Shown: positions 19,169-30,551 of the stretch, in pieces | How positions within the stretch are numbered: the first letter of the stretch is position 1 | Layout of the letters: each line of letters begins with the position of its first letter | Source of the DNA: an uncultured Methanoregulaceae archaeon | Lineage (GTDB): Archaea > Halobacteriota > Methanomicrobia > Methanomicrobiales > Methanospirillaceae | Length of the DNA stretch: 64,000 nucleotides | Reading direction: 5' to 3' | Assembly (NCBI GenBank): GCA_963717525.1 | Contig: OY970343.1 | Location: forward strand, 448,001 to 512,000 | Notes under the pieces: model-generated | What the model saw: the letters and a program-made list of their open reading frames with translations, nothing else | The model's database searches: none | Told to the model about the DNA's origin: nothing | Made by a program: the position numbers and the translations under genes

Positions 19169-21304
19169 ATGAAATCCTCCGCATCCCCGAGAATCGCGCT
19201 CTCTGTCAGGGCGAAGATCCTGATCCTCTTTTTGGCACTCTCCTTGGTGGCACTCTCCCTCACGGGCTATTTTGCGTTCTCGGCAATTACCAATGTCGGG
19301 TCATACGCCCAGGGGAGCAGCGAGGCACTGGGTAAAGGAGTCGTCAACGACAGCTCTATTGCCCTTCTCTCTCTGGGAGAGGCGTACCTTGTCCGCATAT
19401 CTGCCGACCAGGCAAATTTCACGGATGCACTTTTTAAAGACACTGATGCGGAGATGGAGATCCTTGATGCACAGACCGCCGAGCTCCAGCGCAACTCCCC
19501 GGTCGTCCCCTCAACCCCGGTCTACCCGGCGACTGCCCCCCCCTCCAATCCAAAGGCCGGAGCGGTACTCTTCTTTGCGCCCGGGGCAACGGCGACCCCG
19601 GGATCGGACGAGGCCCGCACCCTTGCAGGACTTGCTGATGAGCTTAAAGCAATATATACTTCCGATGGGGATCTGACCAGTGTTTACGTTGCTACCGATT
19701 CGGGAATGATGCTCTTCTACCCCGGAGAAGGAAACTTCCCTGCAGGATATGATCCGAGGGTCCGCCAGTGGTTCGTGGAGGCGGAAGCAGAAAAGGATAT
19801 CATCTGGTCAGATGTCCCGTATGTCGATGCGGACAACCATGGCCTGGTCATGACCTGTTCAGAGGCTGTTCCCAGTCCTGATTATGGCACATGGGTTATA
19901 GCCACCGATGTTTCAACAACAACCATCAACGAGAATTTCATCGGTAAGTCTCTTGGTGAAAATGCGTATGCCGTGCTCATCAACAAGGATGGGGATGTTA
20001 TCAGCCGTCCCGGTCAGTCCGTCGGGAACCTGACCTGGAACGAGCCGTTTAACAAGGAAAATGCCTTCTCAGGAAATGCCTCCGATCTCCGTGCTGTTGC
20101 CACAAATATGACTGCCGGAATGACCGGCATCGGAACAGTCCTGTTCAACGGCACGGAGATGTATGTTGCCTACGCACCGGTCAGATCGTTGAACTGGAGC
20201 CTTGCAATCTCGCTCCCGGTCAGCCAGATCACGCAGCCGGTTGATGCATTTACCGGCAGGATAGTGGACGCAACCCAGGACACCGGGACGCACATAACGG
20301 CCCAGACAGATTGGCTCGAGGAGGTCTTTGCTCTCCTCTTTGTGGCGATCCTGCTCTTCGTTCTCCTCGTATCAGTAGAACTCAGCAGAGTGATCACCCG
20401 CCCGGTCCAACGTCTCAAAGAAGGGGCGGCAGCCCTTGGGGGCGGTAACCTGAATTTCCGGGTGGAGATCCGGTCAGGGGATGAGTTCGAGGACCTTGCC
20501 CGTTCGTTCAATTCCATGGCCGAAGCGCTCAGGGAGAACATCGAAAATCTCAGAAGGACAACTGCTGAAAAGGAACGCTACTCAAAGGAACTGGAGATTG
20601 CACGGTCCATCCAGACCAGCTTCCTGCCCGAAAAAATGCCGGAGATTCCCGGTTTTGACATCTCTGCTATGATGATCCCGGCCATGGAAGTAGGCGGGGA
20701 CTTTTATGACATTATTCCTGCCGGAGATGGAAAGTGGGCGTTTGTGATTGCCGATGTCTCCGGAAAAGGAGTCAGCGCTGCGCTCTTCATGGCGATGTCC
20801 CGGACACTGCTCCGGGCTGGTCTCGAGGGTACGACTGACCTCTTAAAATCGCTCGGTACTGCAAACCGGATGATCACGCAGAATGCACCGTCAAGCATGT
20901 TTGTCACGGTGTTTACGGCGCTCCTGGATCCCGCACATCTGACCATTACCTGCATCAACGCTGGCCATAACCCGCCACTCATTATCCGGGGAGAAAGCGG
21001 AGAGATCTTATTCTTACGGGAAGGCGGGGTGGCGATGGGTGTCCTTCCCACAATGGAGAATGCGCCGGAGCACGTGTCGCTATTGCCCGGGGATCTTGTG
21101 ATACTGTACACCGATGGCGTGACGGAAGCATTCGACGCCGGGTATGCGGCATTCGGGGAGGATCGGCTGGTTCGAATCGTGCAGGAGTGCCGTAACCTCC
21201 CGGCAGGCAGTGTGAGGGAGAGAATCATATCGGGGATCCGGGCATTTACCGGCCCCGTACCCCCGTCAGATGATATCACCCTTCTGGTGATCCGGGTGTT
21301 GTAA
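19169..21304 (+). CDS. Membrane PP2C/SpoIIE-family phosphatase with Cache and HAMP domains
   Basis: YDPRVRQWF, PYVD (Cache); DEFEDLARSFNSM (HAMP); VGGDFYD, ADVSGKG, NAGHNPP, YTDGVTE, DDITL. Confidence 0.92.
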   Translation: MKSSASPRIALSVRAKILILFLALSLVALSLTGYFAFSAITNVGSYAQGSSEALGKGVVNDSSIALLSLGEAYLVRISADQANFTDALFKDTDAEMEILDAQTAELQRNSPVVPSTPVYPATAPPSNPKAGAVLFFAPGATATPGSDEARTLAGLADELKAIYTSDGDLTSVYVATDSGMMLFYPGEGNFPAGYDPRVRQWFVEAEAEKDIIWSDVPYVDADNHGLVMTCSEAVPSPDYGTWVIATDVSTTTINENFIGKSLGENAYAVLINKDGDVISRPGQSVGNLTWNEPFNKENAFSGNASDLRAVATNMTAGMTGIGTVLFNGTEMYVAYAPVRSLNWSLAISLPVSQITQPVDAFTGRIVDATQDTGTHITAQTDWLEEVFALLFVAILLFVLLVSVELSRVITRPVQRLKEGAAALGGGNLNFRVEIRSGDEFEDLARSFNSMAEALRENIENLRRTTAEKERYSKELEIARSIQTSFLPEKMPEIPGFDISAMMIPAMEVGGDFYDIIPAGDGKWAFVIADVSGKGVSAALFMAMSRTLLRAGLEGTTDLLKSLGTANRMITQNAPSSMFVTVFTALLDPAHLTITCINAGHNPPLIIRGESGEILFLREGGVAMGVLPTMENAPEHVSLLPGDLVILYTDGVTEAFDAGYAAFGEDRLVRIVQECRNLPAGSVRERIISGIRAFTGPVPPSDDITLLVIRVL

Positions 21305-21495
21305 GCACCTTAAATTCCGGAGATTCCCTTTCAGTATGCCCTGCCAGAGGGAATCTGAGTGTACTAGATAATAAGAGAACCCTGCCGTAATGCACATCTG
21401 GTAAAAAATGCTGAACTCCAACCTCTCCGGTACACAAGGGATCGCGGGATCCTTCTCTCATGTCGGCTGCAGACAAAAAGACGGGCCGCCGGTTT

Positions 21496-21783
21496 TTAAG
21501 GAACCGGAGCCTCTTCTTCCTCTTCTGTTGGCGGGGTAGTCCAGACCTTCCAGCAAAAACCAGCGATAGAACCGATAACAAAGATGACAAGCAGGACAGC
21601 GCTGAGGATATTTTCTGCAATATCCGTCCCGACCGGAATATCCATGCCCATCCAGTTATTGAACATGCCGATAAACAGCGCTACAATCAAAAAGAGAATG
21701 AACCCAACGATGATTCCAAGGATGACCGCAGATGCAAGCCGCAGAATGCCGGGAGTGGACGTCGTATTATCCATAAAATTCAT
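21496..21783 (-). CDS. Small two-TM hypothetical membrane protein
   Basis: Two hydrophobic helices and an acidic tail. Confidence 0.65.
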   Translation of the reverse strand: MNFMDNTTSTPGILRLASAVILGIIVGFILFLIVALFIGMFNNWMGMDIPVGTDIAENILSAVLLVIFVIGSIAGFCWKVWTTPPTEEEEEAPVP

Positions 21784-21912
21784 GGTAAATCAGTCAATAA
21801 GAACCTTTTTACCCTCACAATCAGCCGAAAATGTGGTCGGATCTGCAAATTTTGTGGCGGAAGGCCGATATTTATATCACGGCAGGTGTAAAATGCATAG
21901 AATAGGAACACC

Positions 21913-22374
21913 ATGAAAAAAAACATCTTCTATCTGATGATCGGTGTTGTCGCACTTGTGCTCCTTGTGATCTTCGGGTATTCAGTTGAAAACTTCACCC
22001 CGGTCCTTTTTATGATCGCCTTTGTGATCGGGGTAATTCTTCTTTACCTCGCATATCGCAAGGTGGATGATTTTATTGAAGATGAACGGAGTGCGAGGAT
22101 CACCGAGAAGGCGGCCATGAGAACACTCCAGGTGTTCTGGGTGTGTTTCTGCGCTTTTTCGATCATGGCGGTGATGAACCTTCTTTATATGCCCCGTTTT
22201 TCCCGGGCATTCTGGCTGACTCGCGAGAATGACATTGTACCTCCGGAGTTAATGTCGCTGAAAACGATTGGATATATTCAGTTGGGGCTTCTCTGCCTCA
22301 TGATCTTCCTGTATGTCGGGTTCAGGATCTACTATGCACGAAAGTTTGGGGACTGGGAGACCGATGAAGAATAA
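21913..22374 (+). CDS. DUF2178-like membrane protein
   Basis: Four TMs; IEDER..RI.EKA motif; overlaps a downstream XRE HTH gene. Confidence 0.75.
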   Translation: MKKNIFYLMIGVVALVLLVIFGYSVENFTPVLFMIAFVIGVILLYLAYRKVDDFIEDERSARITEKAAMRTLQVFWVCFCAFSIMAVMNLLYMPRFSRAFWLTRENDIVPPELMSLKTIGYIQLGLLCLMIFLYVGFRIYYARKFGDWETDEE

Positions 22375-22582
22375 GATCAAGGTGTACCGTGCGATGCAGG
22401 ATCTCACTCAGGAGGATCTTGCTCAGGCGATTGGGGTAACCCGGCAGACGATCCTTGCCATTGAGAAAGGGAAGTATGTGCCGTCCCTTGATCTTGCCTT
22501 CAGGATTTCACGTTATTTTAAGGTGAACATCGAAGAGGTATTCACCTATGAAGAAGGCATACGGACCGTCGATATCGACTGA
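22364..22582 (+). CDS. XRE-family helix-turn-helix regulator
   Basis: MKNKIKVYRAMQDLTQEDLAQAIGVTRQTILAIEKGKYVPSLDLAFRI. Confidence 0.92.
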   Translation: MKNKIKVYRAMQDLTQEDLAQAIGVTRQTILAIEKGKYVPSLDLAFRISRYFKVNIEEVFTYEEGIRTVDID

Positions 22583-23286
22583 TATGCCGGAAATCCGCGT
22601 GGTTTTGGATGGTGCCGGAATCCTGATCTCTCCAAGACCAGCCTGAACTTTTTTAAGCCTTCCCTGTCTTTCTCTTTCTTTGACGATGCGAATGCATCTT
22701 TCCGGTTCACTACCATCGCGACGTTTCTCACGTGTTTGATCGAACGCTGACTGATCTCCGGGACAATCCAATCATTCCTGCTATACGGTACTTCCTACCT
22801 TTTCTCTTCAACAGTTGAGAAATAGTCAGATGCCCAGATAATAAAGTATAAGTTACAAAATGTCCAATTTATATTACATTAAGTGGAGCGAAGGGCAATA
22901 CTTCCTCAGACAGGTTTTACAGGGTCCTCACCATGAAAGCACCGGTCATATACTATGCTGCGCTTGTCGTGTTCTGCATTCTGACGTTAGCGGCCGGTAC
23001 GTTGACACATTGGGTATAGTCCAAGAATGGTGCGCGCCTGTAAGGGTATTTTTCTGTGTACATGGTATCAGGTATTTTCTTTCGTCGTGGTATGTGGCCA
23101 CTTCATTGCCTCCAGAGAAACTTTTTTATAACCTCCAGTATTAATTAAATTACAATAAGTAAAATATACATTACATAAGGCCGCCCGGGCCAAGCATGGC
23201 ACAGTCTTAAATGTACAAAATGGTATAGTTTTGAGTGTGCTATCCCCGGTCATGTGGGTTCCCTTACAAAGAAAAAATGGAGGATT

Positions 23287-24672
23287 ATGAAGATTCATAC
23301 CGCTCTCATCGGAATACTGATGATTTGTTTGATGGTTGGCGCTGCGAGTGCGGCAGGCAGCACGTCGGGTTCGACAAGTACCGGCAGTACTTCCGGAACA
23401 AGTTCCGTAAGTGCATCAACGACTGTATCGGCAGAACAGGCCCTGTCGCAGGTCTATGTGAGTTCTGTTACGGTTGACCCCCAGGAATTCTATCCCGGGG
23501 ACCAGGGAATAATTACCGTTCAGTTGACAAACACCGGTACCCAGGATGTACCATTTGAACATGCAGACATCCTCAACTCCCAGAATGTTTACATTCCCGA
23601 TGAAACCCTAAATCCCTATCAAGTCCAGACCTATCTCGGGCCCGGAAATACAATGACCTATACTTTCCAGGTTGTTGCAAAACCTCCCGAGGGAATATAC
23701 TACCCTGTCTTTTCCGTGGCTTCCCAGACTTCCGGAAGTATCATCTACCCCATCGAGGTCCAGGTTGCTTCAACACCGATCCAGGAAGTGATTTCCCTGA
23801 GACCGGATAATTTTGCTCTCGACAACACGGACAATGTTAACCTAACCATCACCAACCCCCGGGTCGGTGCCATCAGCAATGTCGAAATAATTCCGTCGGG
23901 CACCGGTTTTGGGATCTCTCCTCTCCAGTCCTTCATTGCCTCGATCCCCGGCGGCACATCGGTGAATGTACCGTTTGCCGTTACGCCGTACCAGGACGGG
24001 TCAAACGTAACCTTCAGCATCCAGTACAGCAACGGGCAGAATATCCAGAACCCGCACACGGATACCGTGGTCTTGCCGCTCGATATCGGTCCGAGCAAAA
24101 CTGCAGCATCAACTGACATAAACGATCTTGCACTCACCGTGTCGGATGGGGCGTACCAGCTGACCGGTGATGTGACCAACACGGGGATTACAGATGCAAA
24201 TGGCATGGTAGTATCTGTCGGGGCACCGGCAACTCCGGTTGAACCTTATTCAACCTATGCGGTAGGGTCCCTTACGTCCAACGACTTTTCCAGTTTCACG
24301 CTCACCTTTACCGCCTCCGACCTCTCGGCCATCCCGATCACAACCACGTGGAAGGATGACAATGGCAACACGTTATCCACGGTCCAGACGGTTGATCTGC
24401 GGTCCCTTGCCAGTTCGTTAGTGACCAGCTCGCGGAGCAGTGGATCCGGTTCAGGTACTACAGGAGCTACTGGTGTGACAGGCGCGACTGCGGGCTCAGC
24501 AGGGGGTTACGCAGGAGCCCGCGGTGGTGGCGGCCTTCTTGGCTTTGGCGGTGGTCGTGGTGGTGGCCTGAGTTCATTCTACCCGGTCATTATCGGTGCT
24601 ATCGTCCTTATCGCTGCAATTGTACTCTACGTCAAGAGGAAATGGATCCTTGCCAAATTCAGGAAGCAGTGA
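23287..24672 (+). CDS. S-layer-domain (COG1361-like) secreted protein with C-terminal anchor
   Basis: Signal peptide, Ser/Thr-rich linkers, Ig-like repeats, C-terminal TM plus basic tail; precedes an ABC exporter. Confidence 0.75.
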   Translation: MKIHTALIGILMICLMVGAASAAGSTSGSTSTGSTSGTSSVSASTTVSAEQALSQVYVSSVTVDPQEFYPGDQGIITVQLTNTGTQDVPFEHADILNSQNVYIPDETLNPYQVQTYLGPGNTMTYTFQVVAKPPEGIYYPVFSVASQTSGSIIYPIEVQVASTPIQEVISLRPDNFALDNTDNVNLTITNPRVGAISNVEIIPSGTGFGISPLQSFIASIPGGTSVNVPFAVTPYQDGSNVTFSIQYSNGQNIQNPHTDTVVLPLDIGPSKTAASTDINDLALTVSDGAYQLTGDVTNTGITDANGMVVSVGAPATPVEPYSTYAVGSLTSNDFSSFTLTFTASDLSAIPITTTWKDDNGNTLSTVQTVDLRSLASSLVTSSRSSGSGSGTTGATGVTGATAGSAGGYAGARGGGGLLGFGGGRGGGLSSFYPVIIGAIVLIAAIVLYVKRKWILAKFRKQ

Positions 24673-24685
24673 CCTGGTGTCGCAT

Positions 24686-25366
24686 ATGAGCGATATGCCA
24701 CTTATCCGGCTTACTGAGGTCACAAAAACGTACCATCTGGAGAGTGGTGACTTTACTGCGCTCGATCACGTATCTATTGATATAGCGGAGGGAGAGTTTG
24801 TGGCGATCATGGGGCCGTCCGGTTCGGGCAAATCAACCATGATGAACCAGCTGGGCATCCTCGATGTCCCGACCTCCGGGGAACTTTATATCGCCGGTGA
24901 AAATGTGGCAAAGATGTCAAGCCTCGAACGGACCCATATGCGCCGGGATATTATAGGGTATGTCTTCCAGAAATTTTACCTCATCCCCCTTCTTTCTGCA
25001 TATGAGAACGTGGAGTACCCGCTCATCCTCAGGTATAAAAAACGGGACACGACAGGACGGGCTGCCGACTATCTCCGTGCGGTGGGCATCGATCCAGATA
25101 TGGGCGCCCACCGGCCCAACCAGCTTTCCGGCGGGCAGCAGCAGCGCGTGGCCATTGCACGGGCACTGGTCAACGATCCAAAGATCCTTCTCTGCGATGA
25201 GCCCACCGGGAACCTTGACAGCAAGACCGGTCTCCAGATCATGCAGATCCTCTGCGACCTGCACCAGAAGGGAAAGACAGTTATCATCGTGACGCATGAC
25301 CCCCATATAGGTGAGTATGCCCAGCGGACGATCCGGCTTGCTGACGGAAGGGTCGTGGCATCATGA
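24686..25366 (+). CDS. ABC transporter ATP-binding protein (LolD/MacB type)
   Basis: GPSGSGKST, LSGGQQQRVAIARAL, DEPTGNLD, VTHD. Confidence 0.93.
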   Translation: MSDMPLIRLTEVTKTYHLESGDFTALDHVSIDIAEGEFVAIMGPSGSGKSTMMNQLGILDVPTSGELYIAGENVAKMSSLERTHMRRDIIGYVFQKFYLIPLLSAYENVEYPLILRYKKRDTTGRAADYLRAVGIDPDMGAHRPNQLSGGQQQRVAIARALVNDPKILLCDEPTGNLDSKTGLQIMQILCDLHQKGKTVIIVTHDPHIGEYAQRTIRLADGRVVAS

Positions 25367-26553
25367 GGGATATCTTCTTTGATCTCTCTGTCAGGAGTGT
25401 CCGGCTGAATTTTCTGCGCTCTCTTCTTGCCTCCATCGGTATCGTGATCGGTGTTGTCGCCATCTCCTCGATGGGGATGCTCGGGACCAACATGCAACTC
25501 TCGGTAAAAGACCAGCTCTCGGCAGATGTTAATACGGTTATGCTCACCTCTGATGTGGTGAAAATAAATACTGGTCTTGGAGCCGCTCCATCGTCGAGTA
25601 CTATCGATTCAAGCACCCTCAACGATATCAGGGGGTCTGTAGGTGATAATGATGTGGTGCCGATCCACCATACGAGTACGCAGTTTACTGTTGGCGACCA
25701 GAATGGTCGCGGGTCGATCTATGGGCTTGACCCAAGCGATGTTCCCAAGTTTCTTACCATAGCACAAGGGTCGAATATCCGGGGCAGCGATGTGCTCGTG
25801 GGCGCGACCATTGCAAGTAACTTCAACCTTGTCGTCGGGAGCACGATCAAGATCGGGCAGAACTGTGCCACCATCTCGAGGCCGGTGGTCAGGGTTGCCG
25901 GTATTCTCCAGGCCCGGGGTATTGCAGCCGACGGCGTCAACGTGGATAACGGGATCGTAGCTGACGACACCTGGTATACGAACACATTCGGCGGACTGGA
26001 CCAGTACGACCAGGTGAACGTGATTGTAGCGGATGTTTCCACCATTAACCAGACCGAGGCGGCAATCAACGCAAAGGTCAACAGGAACAGTGACGTAGTG
26101 AGGGTATCCGATGCCAGTTCCCGGTTGTCGACCATCTCGAGTACGCTAGGCACGATCACCACCTTCATCATGGCGATTGGCGGGATCTCGCTCGTGGTCG
26201 CTGCAGTAAGCATCTTCAACGTCATGATGATGTCGGTCAAAGAACGAGTGCAGGAGATCGGCATCCTGCTCTCGATCGGGACGGAGAAAGGCGAAGTACG
26301 CAGGATGTTTTTGTACGAGGCACTCATCCTCGGTATCATTGGCGCGGTGGTGGGCGGAATCATGAGCTTTATTATAGGGTACTCGGTGGTGAGCGCCATG
26401 ATCGGCACCACTCAGTACTTCTTCACCCCGGACAGCCTGATCTACATCCCCTATGGTATGATCATCGGTGTGGTTGTCTGCGTGGTATCCGGGATGTATC
26501 CCGCGTGGGCGGCCTCGAACATGGACCCGATCGATGCCCTGAGAGCCGATTAG
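25363..26553 (+). CDS. ABC transporter permease (FtsX/MacB type)
   Basis: GIVIGVVA, MMSVKERVQEIGIL, YPAWAASNMDPIDALR. Confidence 0.92.
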   Translation: MRDIFFDLSVRSVRLNFLRSLLASIGIVIGVVAISSMGMLGTNMQLSVKDQLSADVNTVMLTSDVVKINTGLGAAPSSSTIDSSTLNDIRGSVGDNDVVPIHHTSTQFTVGDQNGRGSIYGLDPSDVPKFLTIAQGSNIRGSDVLVGATIASNFNLVVGSTIKIGQNCATISRPVVRVAGILQARGIAADGVNVDNGIVADDTWYTNTFGGLDQYDQVNVIVADVSTINQTEAAINAKVNRNSDVVRVSDASSRLSTISSTLGTITTFIMAIGGISLVVAAVSIFNVMMMSVKERVQEIGILLSIGTEKGEVRRMFLYEALILGIIGAVVGGIMSFIIGYSVVSAMIGTTQYFFTPDSLIYIPYGMIIGVVVCVVSGMYPAWAASNMDPIDALRAD

Positions 26554-26701
26554 GTTCTCTTATTTTTTTTATTTTCGGTGCGATAGCGCAAAAAAGGGGT
26601 ACTTTTCCATTTTGCCATTGGCTGGTTTCATGCTGACTAGTGCACCTCCCGTGTGCTATGTTAATGAAGCCCTTCGATCAAGCTTTTCCCGTGCATGATT
26701 C

Positions 26702-27569
26702 ATGAACTCAGAAAGAAAAGTTGGATGTATCGGCCTTGGGCACCTGGGCCATACGATCGCACAGCACCTGGCTGAGCAGGGTGTCTCCCTGACTGTATGG
26801 AACCGGACGCCGGCGAAGACAGGCGATCTCGGTGTGCCGGTTGCCCGATCTCCCAAAGATCTGGTTGAGCACGTCGATATTGTTATCATTAATCTTTTCG
26901 ACAGCGATGCCGTGGATGCGGTTATGTCCGGCCCGGACGGGCTTTTCTCTAGTTCCTGTGCAGGAAAGATCATCATCGATACCACGACCAACCATTTCGG
27001 CCGGGTGGGTGAGTTTTATGCACGGGCCCTCGAGCACGGTGCAACCTACCTCGAATGCCCGGGTACTGGGGAGCGTGGTGCCCGCATCCCAAGGAAAACT
27101 TACAATCCTTGTCAGCGGGGATAAGCCAACCTATGAACAGGTAAAACCGCTGCTTTCCCTTATGGGATCAGCCCTTTTCTACCTCGGAGAACCAGCACTT
27201 GCCACAAAGATGAAACTGATCAACAACCTGGTCCTTGGCTCATTCATGGCGGCCTGTGCCGAGGCGGTAGCACTTGGTGAGGCGGCAGGTATCGACCGTG
27301 GCGAGGTTATCGATATCCTTCTTTCGGGTGCCGGCAACTCAATGGTACTTGCGGCAAAAAAGGATAAACTCAAAAACGAGGAGTTTTCGGCGCACTTCTC
27401 TTCCGCGCTCATCTACAAGGATCTCCACTACCTTCAGGATCTCTGCCGCTCGCTCAACAAACCACTCTTTGTGGGGAGCACGGTAAAAGAACTCTTTGCC
27501 ATTACCCGGTCAAAAGGCATCGATGACAAGGATTTCTCCGCAATTTACGAGGTCTTCAAAGAGTACTGA
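26702..27569 (+). CDS. NAD(P)-dependent oxidoreductase, 3-hydroxyisobutyrate dehydrogenase family, frameshift at ~27062
   Basis: GCIGLGHLG, WNRT, LECP|VLGS, KMKLINN, KDL. Confidence 0.87.
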
Positions 27570-27598
27570 TCGATCACTTCGGTGATCCTTCAGGGAGA

Positions 27599-28396
27599 TT
27601 ACTGGCGCAGGAGATCGAATGCCCACCGACTCACAGAGGGTGCCACGTTCCCGCACCGGCGCCGGGTGAGCACCCGGTACCCTGTTTTTTCAAATTCGTG
27701 TACCAGTATTTCACTCTGCGCCCGGTTTTTGAAGGTATAGAAATGAAGCATCCCTCCCTCCCTGACCCGTGAGGTGATAAGGCCGAGGATCTCGTCCCTG
27801 CCGTACGGTGTCGGGATAATCGCCCGGTCAAACAATTCGGTGGGAAGAACGTTGGGATTGAATGCATCTCCCATGATCACCGTCACCCGGCCTGAAATCC
27901 GGTTTTCTTTTATGTTTTTCTCCATCCAATGGCATGCGTCCGGGTTCTGCTCTATGGCAACCACAGAGGCACCCCTAACCGCTGCAGGGATGACAAACGG
28001 ACCCACGCCACAGAACGGGACAAGCACCCGCTCCCCGGCCTGAACCTGAGTGGTAACTCGCCTGCGCTCGTGGGTAAGACGAGGATTGAAAAAACTCGTG
28101 TTCAGGTCAAGGGCGTAGGAGAAACCGTTTTCCTGGTGCGTTGTCACCGTGCTGGTACCGATTATGATCGTGTACTTTGCGGTGCGGAAATCGCCGGCTA
28201 CGTCCGCACTTTTTTTAACAACAGTCCGGATTGCGAGCCTGTGCTCCAGGATCGCACCCACGATCATTTTCTCGTAGCCTTGGAGGGCTGAAGGAATATT
28301 GACGATTGCTATATCGCCGACCACATCGAACCTGCCGGAAAATCCTCGAAGCTTGTCTGCAGGGATCGTTTCGTTGAGATCGTCTATGAGGGTCAT
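27599..28396 (-). CDS. Trm5/Met-10+-family SAM-dependent tRNA methyltransferase
   Basis: FDVVGDIAI, HQENG, FFNPRLTHER, VPFCGVGPF, FDRAIIP. Confidence 0.83.
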   Translation of the reverse strand: MTLIDDLNETIPADKLRGFSGRFDVVGDIAIVNIPSALQGYEKMIVGAILEHRLAIRTVVKKSADVAGDFRTAKYTIIIGTSTVTTHQENGFSYALDLNTSFFNPRLTHERRRVTTQVQAGERVLVPFCGVGPFVIPAAVRGASVVAIEQNPDACHWMEKNIKENRISGRVTVIMGDAFNPNVLPTELFDRAIIPTPYGRDEILGLITSRVREGGMLHFYTFKNRAQSEILVHEFEKTGYRVLTRRRCGNVAPSVSRWAFDLLRQ

Positions 28397-28553
28397 GGAC
28401 AGATCACGGTACACAGCGACCGTGTAAAATCTCTTGTGCGGCGTGCTTCACGATCCTGCCGGGGGGATGAAGTCCCGGGATTAATCGTACAATTCCTTCA
28501 ATACGGATAAGCACCCCGGTATCCTTAATGGGACACCCACAGCGAGGACGTGT

Positions 28554-29168
28554 ATGAGGGAAAGAAAATCCGGCTTTTCACCGTCCGGCATAGTCTGCCG
28601 TGAAGATCTCCGGTTCCACACACGTTCCACACCATACCGGCAGATCCTCGATGTGCCGGAATATCATTTCGATGATATTTTAAAAGAGGATCGTGTCCTC
28701 GATATCGGTGCAAATGTGGGTGCATTCTGTCTCCGTGCTGCCCGCCTCTCCCGGCACGTAACCGCAATCGAACCGGTGACGGCTGATCTCCTCGCAGAGA
28801 ACATTGGCCTCAACCATGCAGATATAAAGGTGATTGCAGGAGCGCTTGGCACCGGGGCACCAGCAGAGATCACATGGGATGAATGCCGGGTGGTATCTCC
28901 TACGTACTCTCTTAAGGAAATTACAGAGATTGCCGGTGGCTGCGATTTCCTGAAATGCGATGCCGAGGGAGCGGAGTGGCTGATCCGGCCCCGGGACCTT
29001 GAAGGGATCCGGAGAATTGAGATGGAACTTCATGTCCCTCCTATCAGCCCGCCGCCGAATCCCGCGCTGCTGGATTACATCGGTGAACGATACACCTTCT
29101 CCATCGACCGCTCACCGGTCTATTCCCTGCTTGGCGTGATGGGTATCCTGCATGCGGTACTGAAATGA
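28554..29168 (+). CDS. FkbM-family methyltransferase
   Basis: LDIGANVG, AIEP, FLKCDAEGAE, MELH. Confidence 0.85.
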   Translation: MRERKSGFSPSGIVCREDLRFHTRSTPYRQILDVPEYHFDDILKEDRVLDIGANVGAFCLRAARLSRHVTAIEPVTADLLAENIGLNHADIKVIAGALGTGAPAEITWDECRVVSPTYSLKEITEIAGGCDFLKCDAEGAEWLIRPRDLEGIRRIEMELHVPPISPPPNPALLDYIGERYTFSIDRSPVYSLLGVMGILHAVLK

Positions 29169-29218
29169 ATTGATCTATTCCGCAATTTTTTACAGTCTAA
29201 AAAAAGTTTGGCAGTATC

Positions 29219-29641
29219 CTAGTCTTCTATCTGGATCGTTGTCAGTTTTACCGATTCGACCCCTTTCTGGGACATCAATCGCTCTGCGAGTGCCTTGAGC
29301 TGTGAACCATCGCCATGCACGAGAATCACTTCCAGGCACCGGTTATGCGTGACATGTGAATGGAGTGAAGCCTTGATGATCTCGTGGAACTCGTGCTGGA
29401 CATCGGTGATGGTGGTGAGAAGCCCGCGCTGGTCGTGATCGTAGACCATCGTGATCACCCCTTCACGCTCCCCTTTGACATCGGCCATCCACTTGTAGTA
29501 GGTGATGTACGTGCGGATAGCATCGCGAATGCCTTCCGACCGGGAGGAATATCCACGGGCGTTGATGATTTCGTCAAACCGGTCGAGCAGATTTTTGGGG
29601 AGGGATATCCCGATTCGGGAGAGATCGTTATCAAGGGTCAT
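29219..29641 (-). CDS. nikR: Nickel-responsive regulator NikR
   Basis: RIGISLP..LL..FD, YSSRSEGIRDAIR (RHH); QHEFH...SLHSHVTHNRCLEV (Ni ligands). Confidence 0.95.
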   Translation of the reverse strand: MTLDNDLSRIGISLPKNLLDRFDEIINARGYSSRSEGIRDAIRTYITYYKWMADVKGEREGVITMVYDHDQRGLLTTITDVQHEFHEIIKASLHSHVTHNRCLEVILVHGDGSQLKALAERLMSQKGVESVKLTTIQIED

Positions 29642-29900
29642 ATAATCAGGTACGTGAATATCATAGCTGCTTCTTTTTTAACTTTTTTAAAAAAATGCGC
29701 GATCGGGTAATACTTCGTAAGACCAAATTATGAATCATAAACCATTCTTCTACCTGAGAATCCCATGGGTGTGTAAGCAGCATCCTGTCAGGCAGTCATA
29801 ATTTTTTTCAAACGTGTTTACTATTTTTAGTTTACAACACCAAAAATAAATTATTTTAACAAAACTTATAATCTTGCAGGAACAATGCAAGTTGATCATT

Positions 29901-30350
29901 ATGGGTGTTGCAACCGATATCATGCAGACGTTTGCCGCAAGGGAGATCCGTTCCCATTTCCGGGAGAGCGAGGGCTGGGAGTGCCGACAGGAGCCGTCAC
30001 CGGTTCCCGGCTCCATGGCCTTTATTCTCTCCCGCGAGGTGCGGGGGAGAAAAGAGGTCATCCCGCTCGCGGTATGTTATGAGGAGACGCCTTCCCTCTT
30101 CCCGCTCGAGTACCTGACCTCGACAATAAACGTGAAAAAGCTGACCGGAAAATACCTGCTCGTCCCAAAAGGGACAGATGTGACCGCACTTCCGGGAGAT
30201 ATCCGGGTGCTTTTTATGGATTCGTTCGGGTTTATTGATGAGCGTCTGGTCTGGCTCACGAAGAAGAAGAACGCAAAGCAGTACCCTCGACCGGAAGCAC
30301 CTGTCACCTCAGGATCTGCCACACCAGCCTCCGAGCCACATACGGCATAG
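29901..30350 (+). CDS. Hypothetical protein divergent from nikR
   Basis: 149-aa ORF with a TTATA box upstream; no motif recognised with confidence. Confidence 0.65.
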   Translation: MGVATDIMQTFAAREIRSHFRESEGWECRQEPSPVPGSMAFILSREVRGRKEVIPLAVCYEETPSLFPLEYLTSTINVKKLTGKYLLVPKGTDVTALPGDIRVLFMDSFGFIDERLVWLTKKKNAKQYPRPEAPVTSGSATPASEPHTA

Positions 30351-30551
30351 GCATGGGGCAGGTCTCACTTTTTTTCTTGTCCTTTTGCGAAAGATATATT
30401 CCAGCGCTGGCGTGATCGTGGCCTGCCGGGGCACTGGTATAGTCTTTTGCCCGGCACGATCCCATCCGGTACTCAGAATATCTGATCACCGGCACTATGT
30501 GGAAAACCCTGGTGGGTTTATGAGCAGCCTGTTGCGAAGATTTCCCGAGAG

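Noticed and set aside
22590..23140. Small ORFs (22508..22771 minus; MKAPVIYY... at 22933)
   Set aside because: Short or interrupted, with no family signal; at most decayed fragments.
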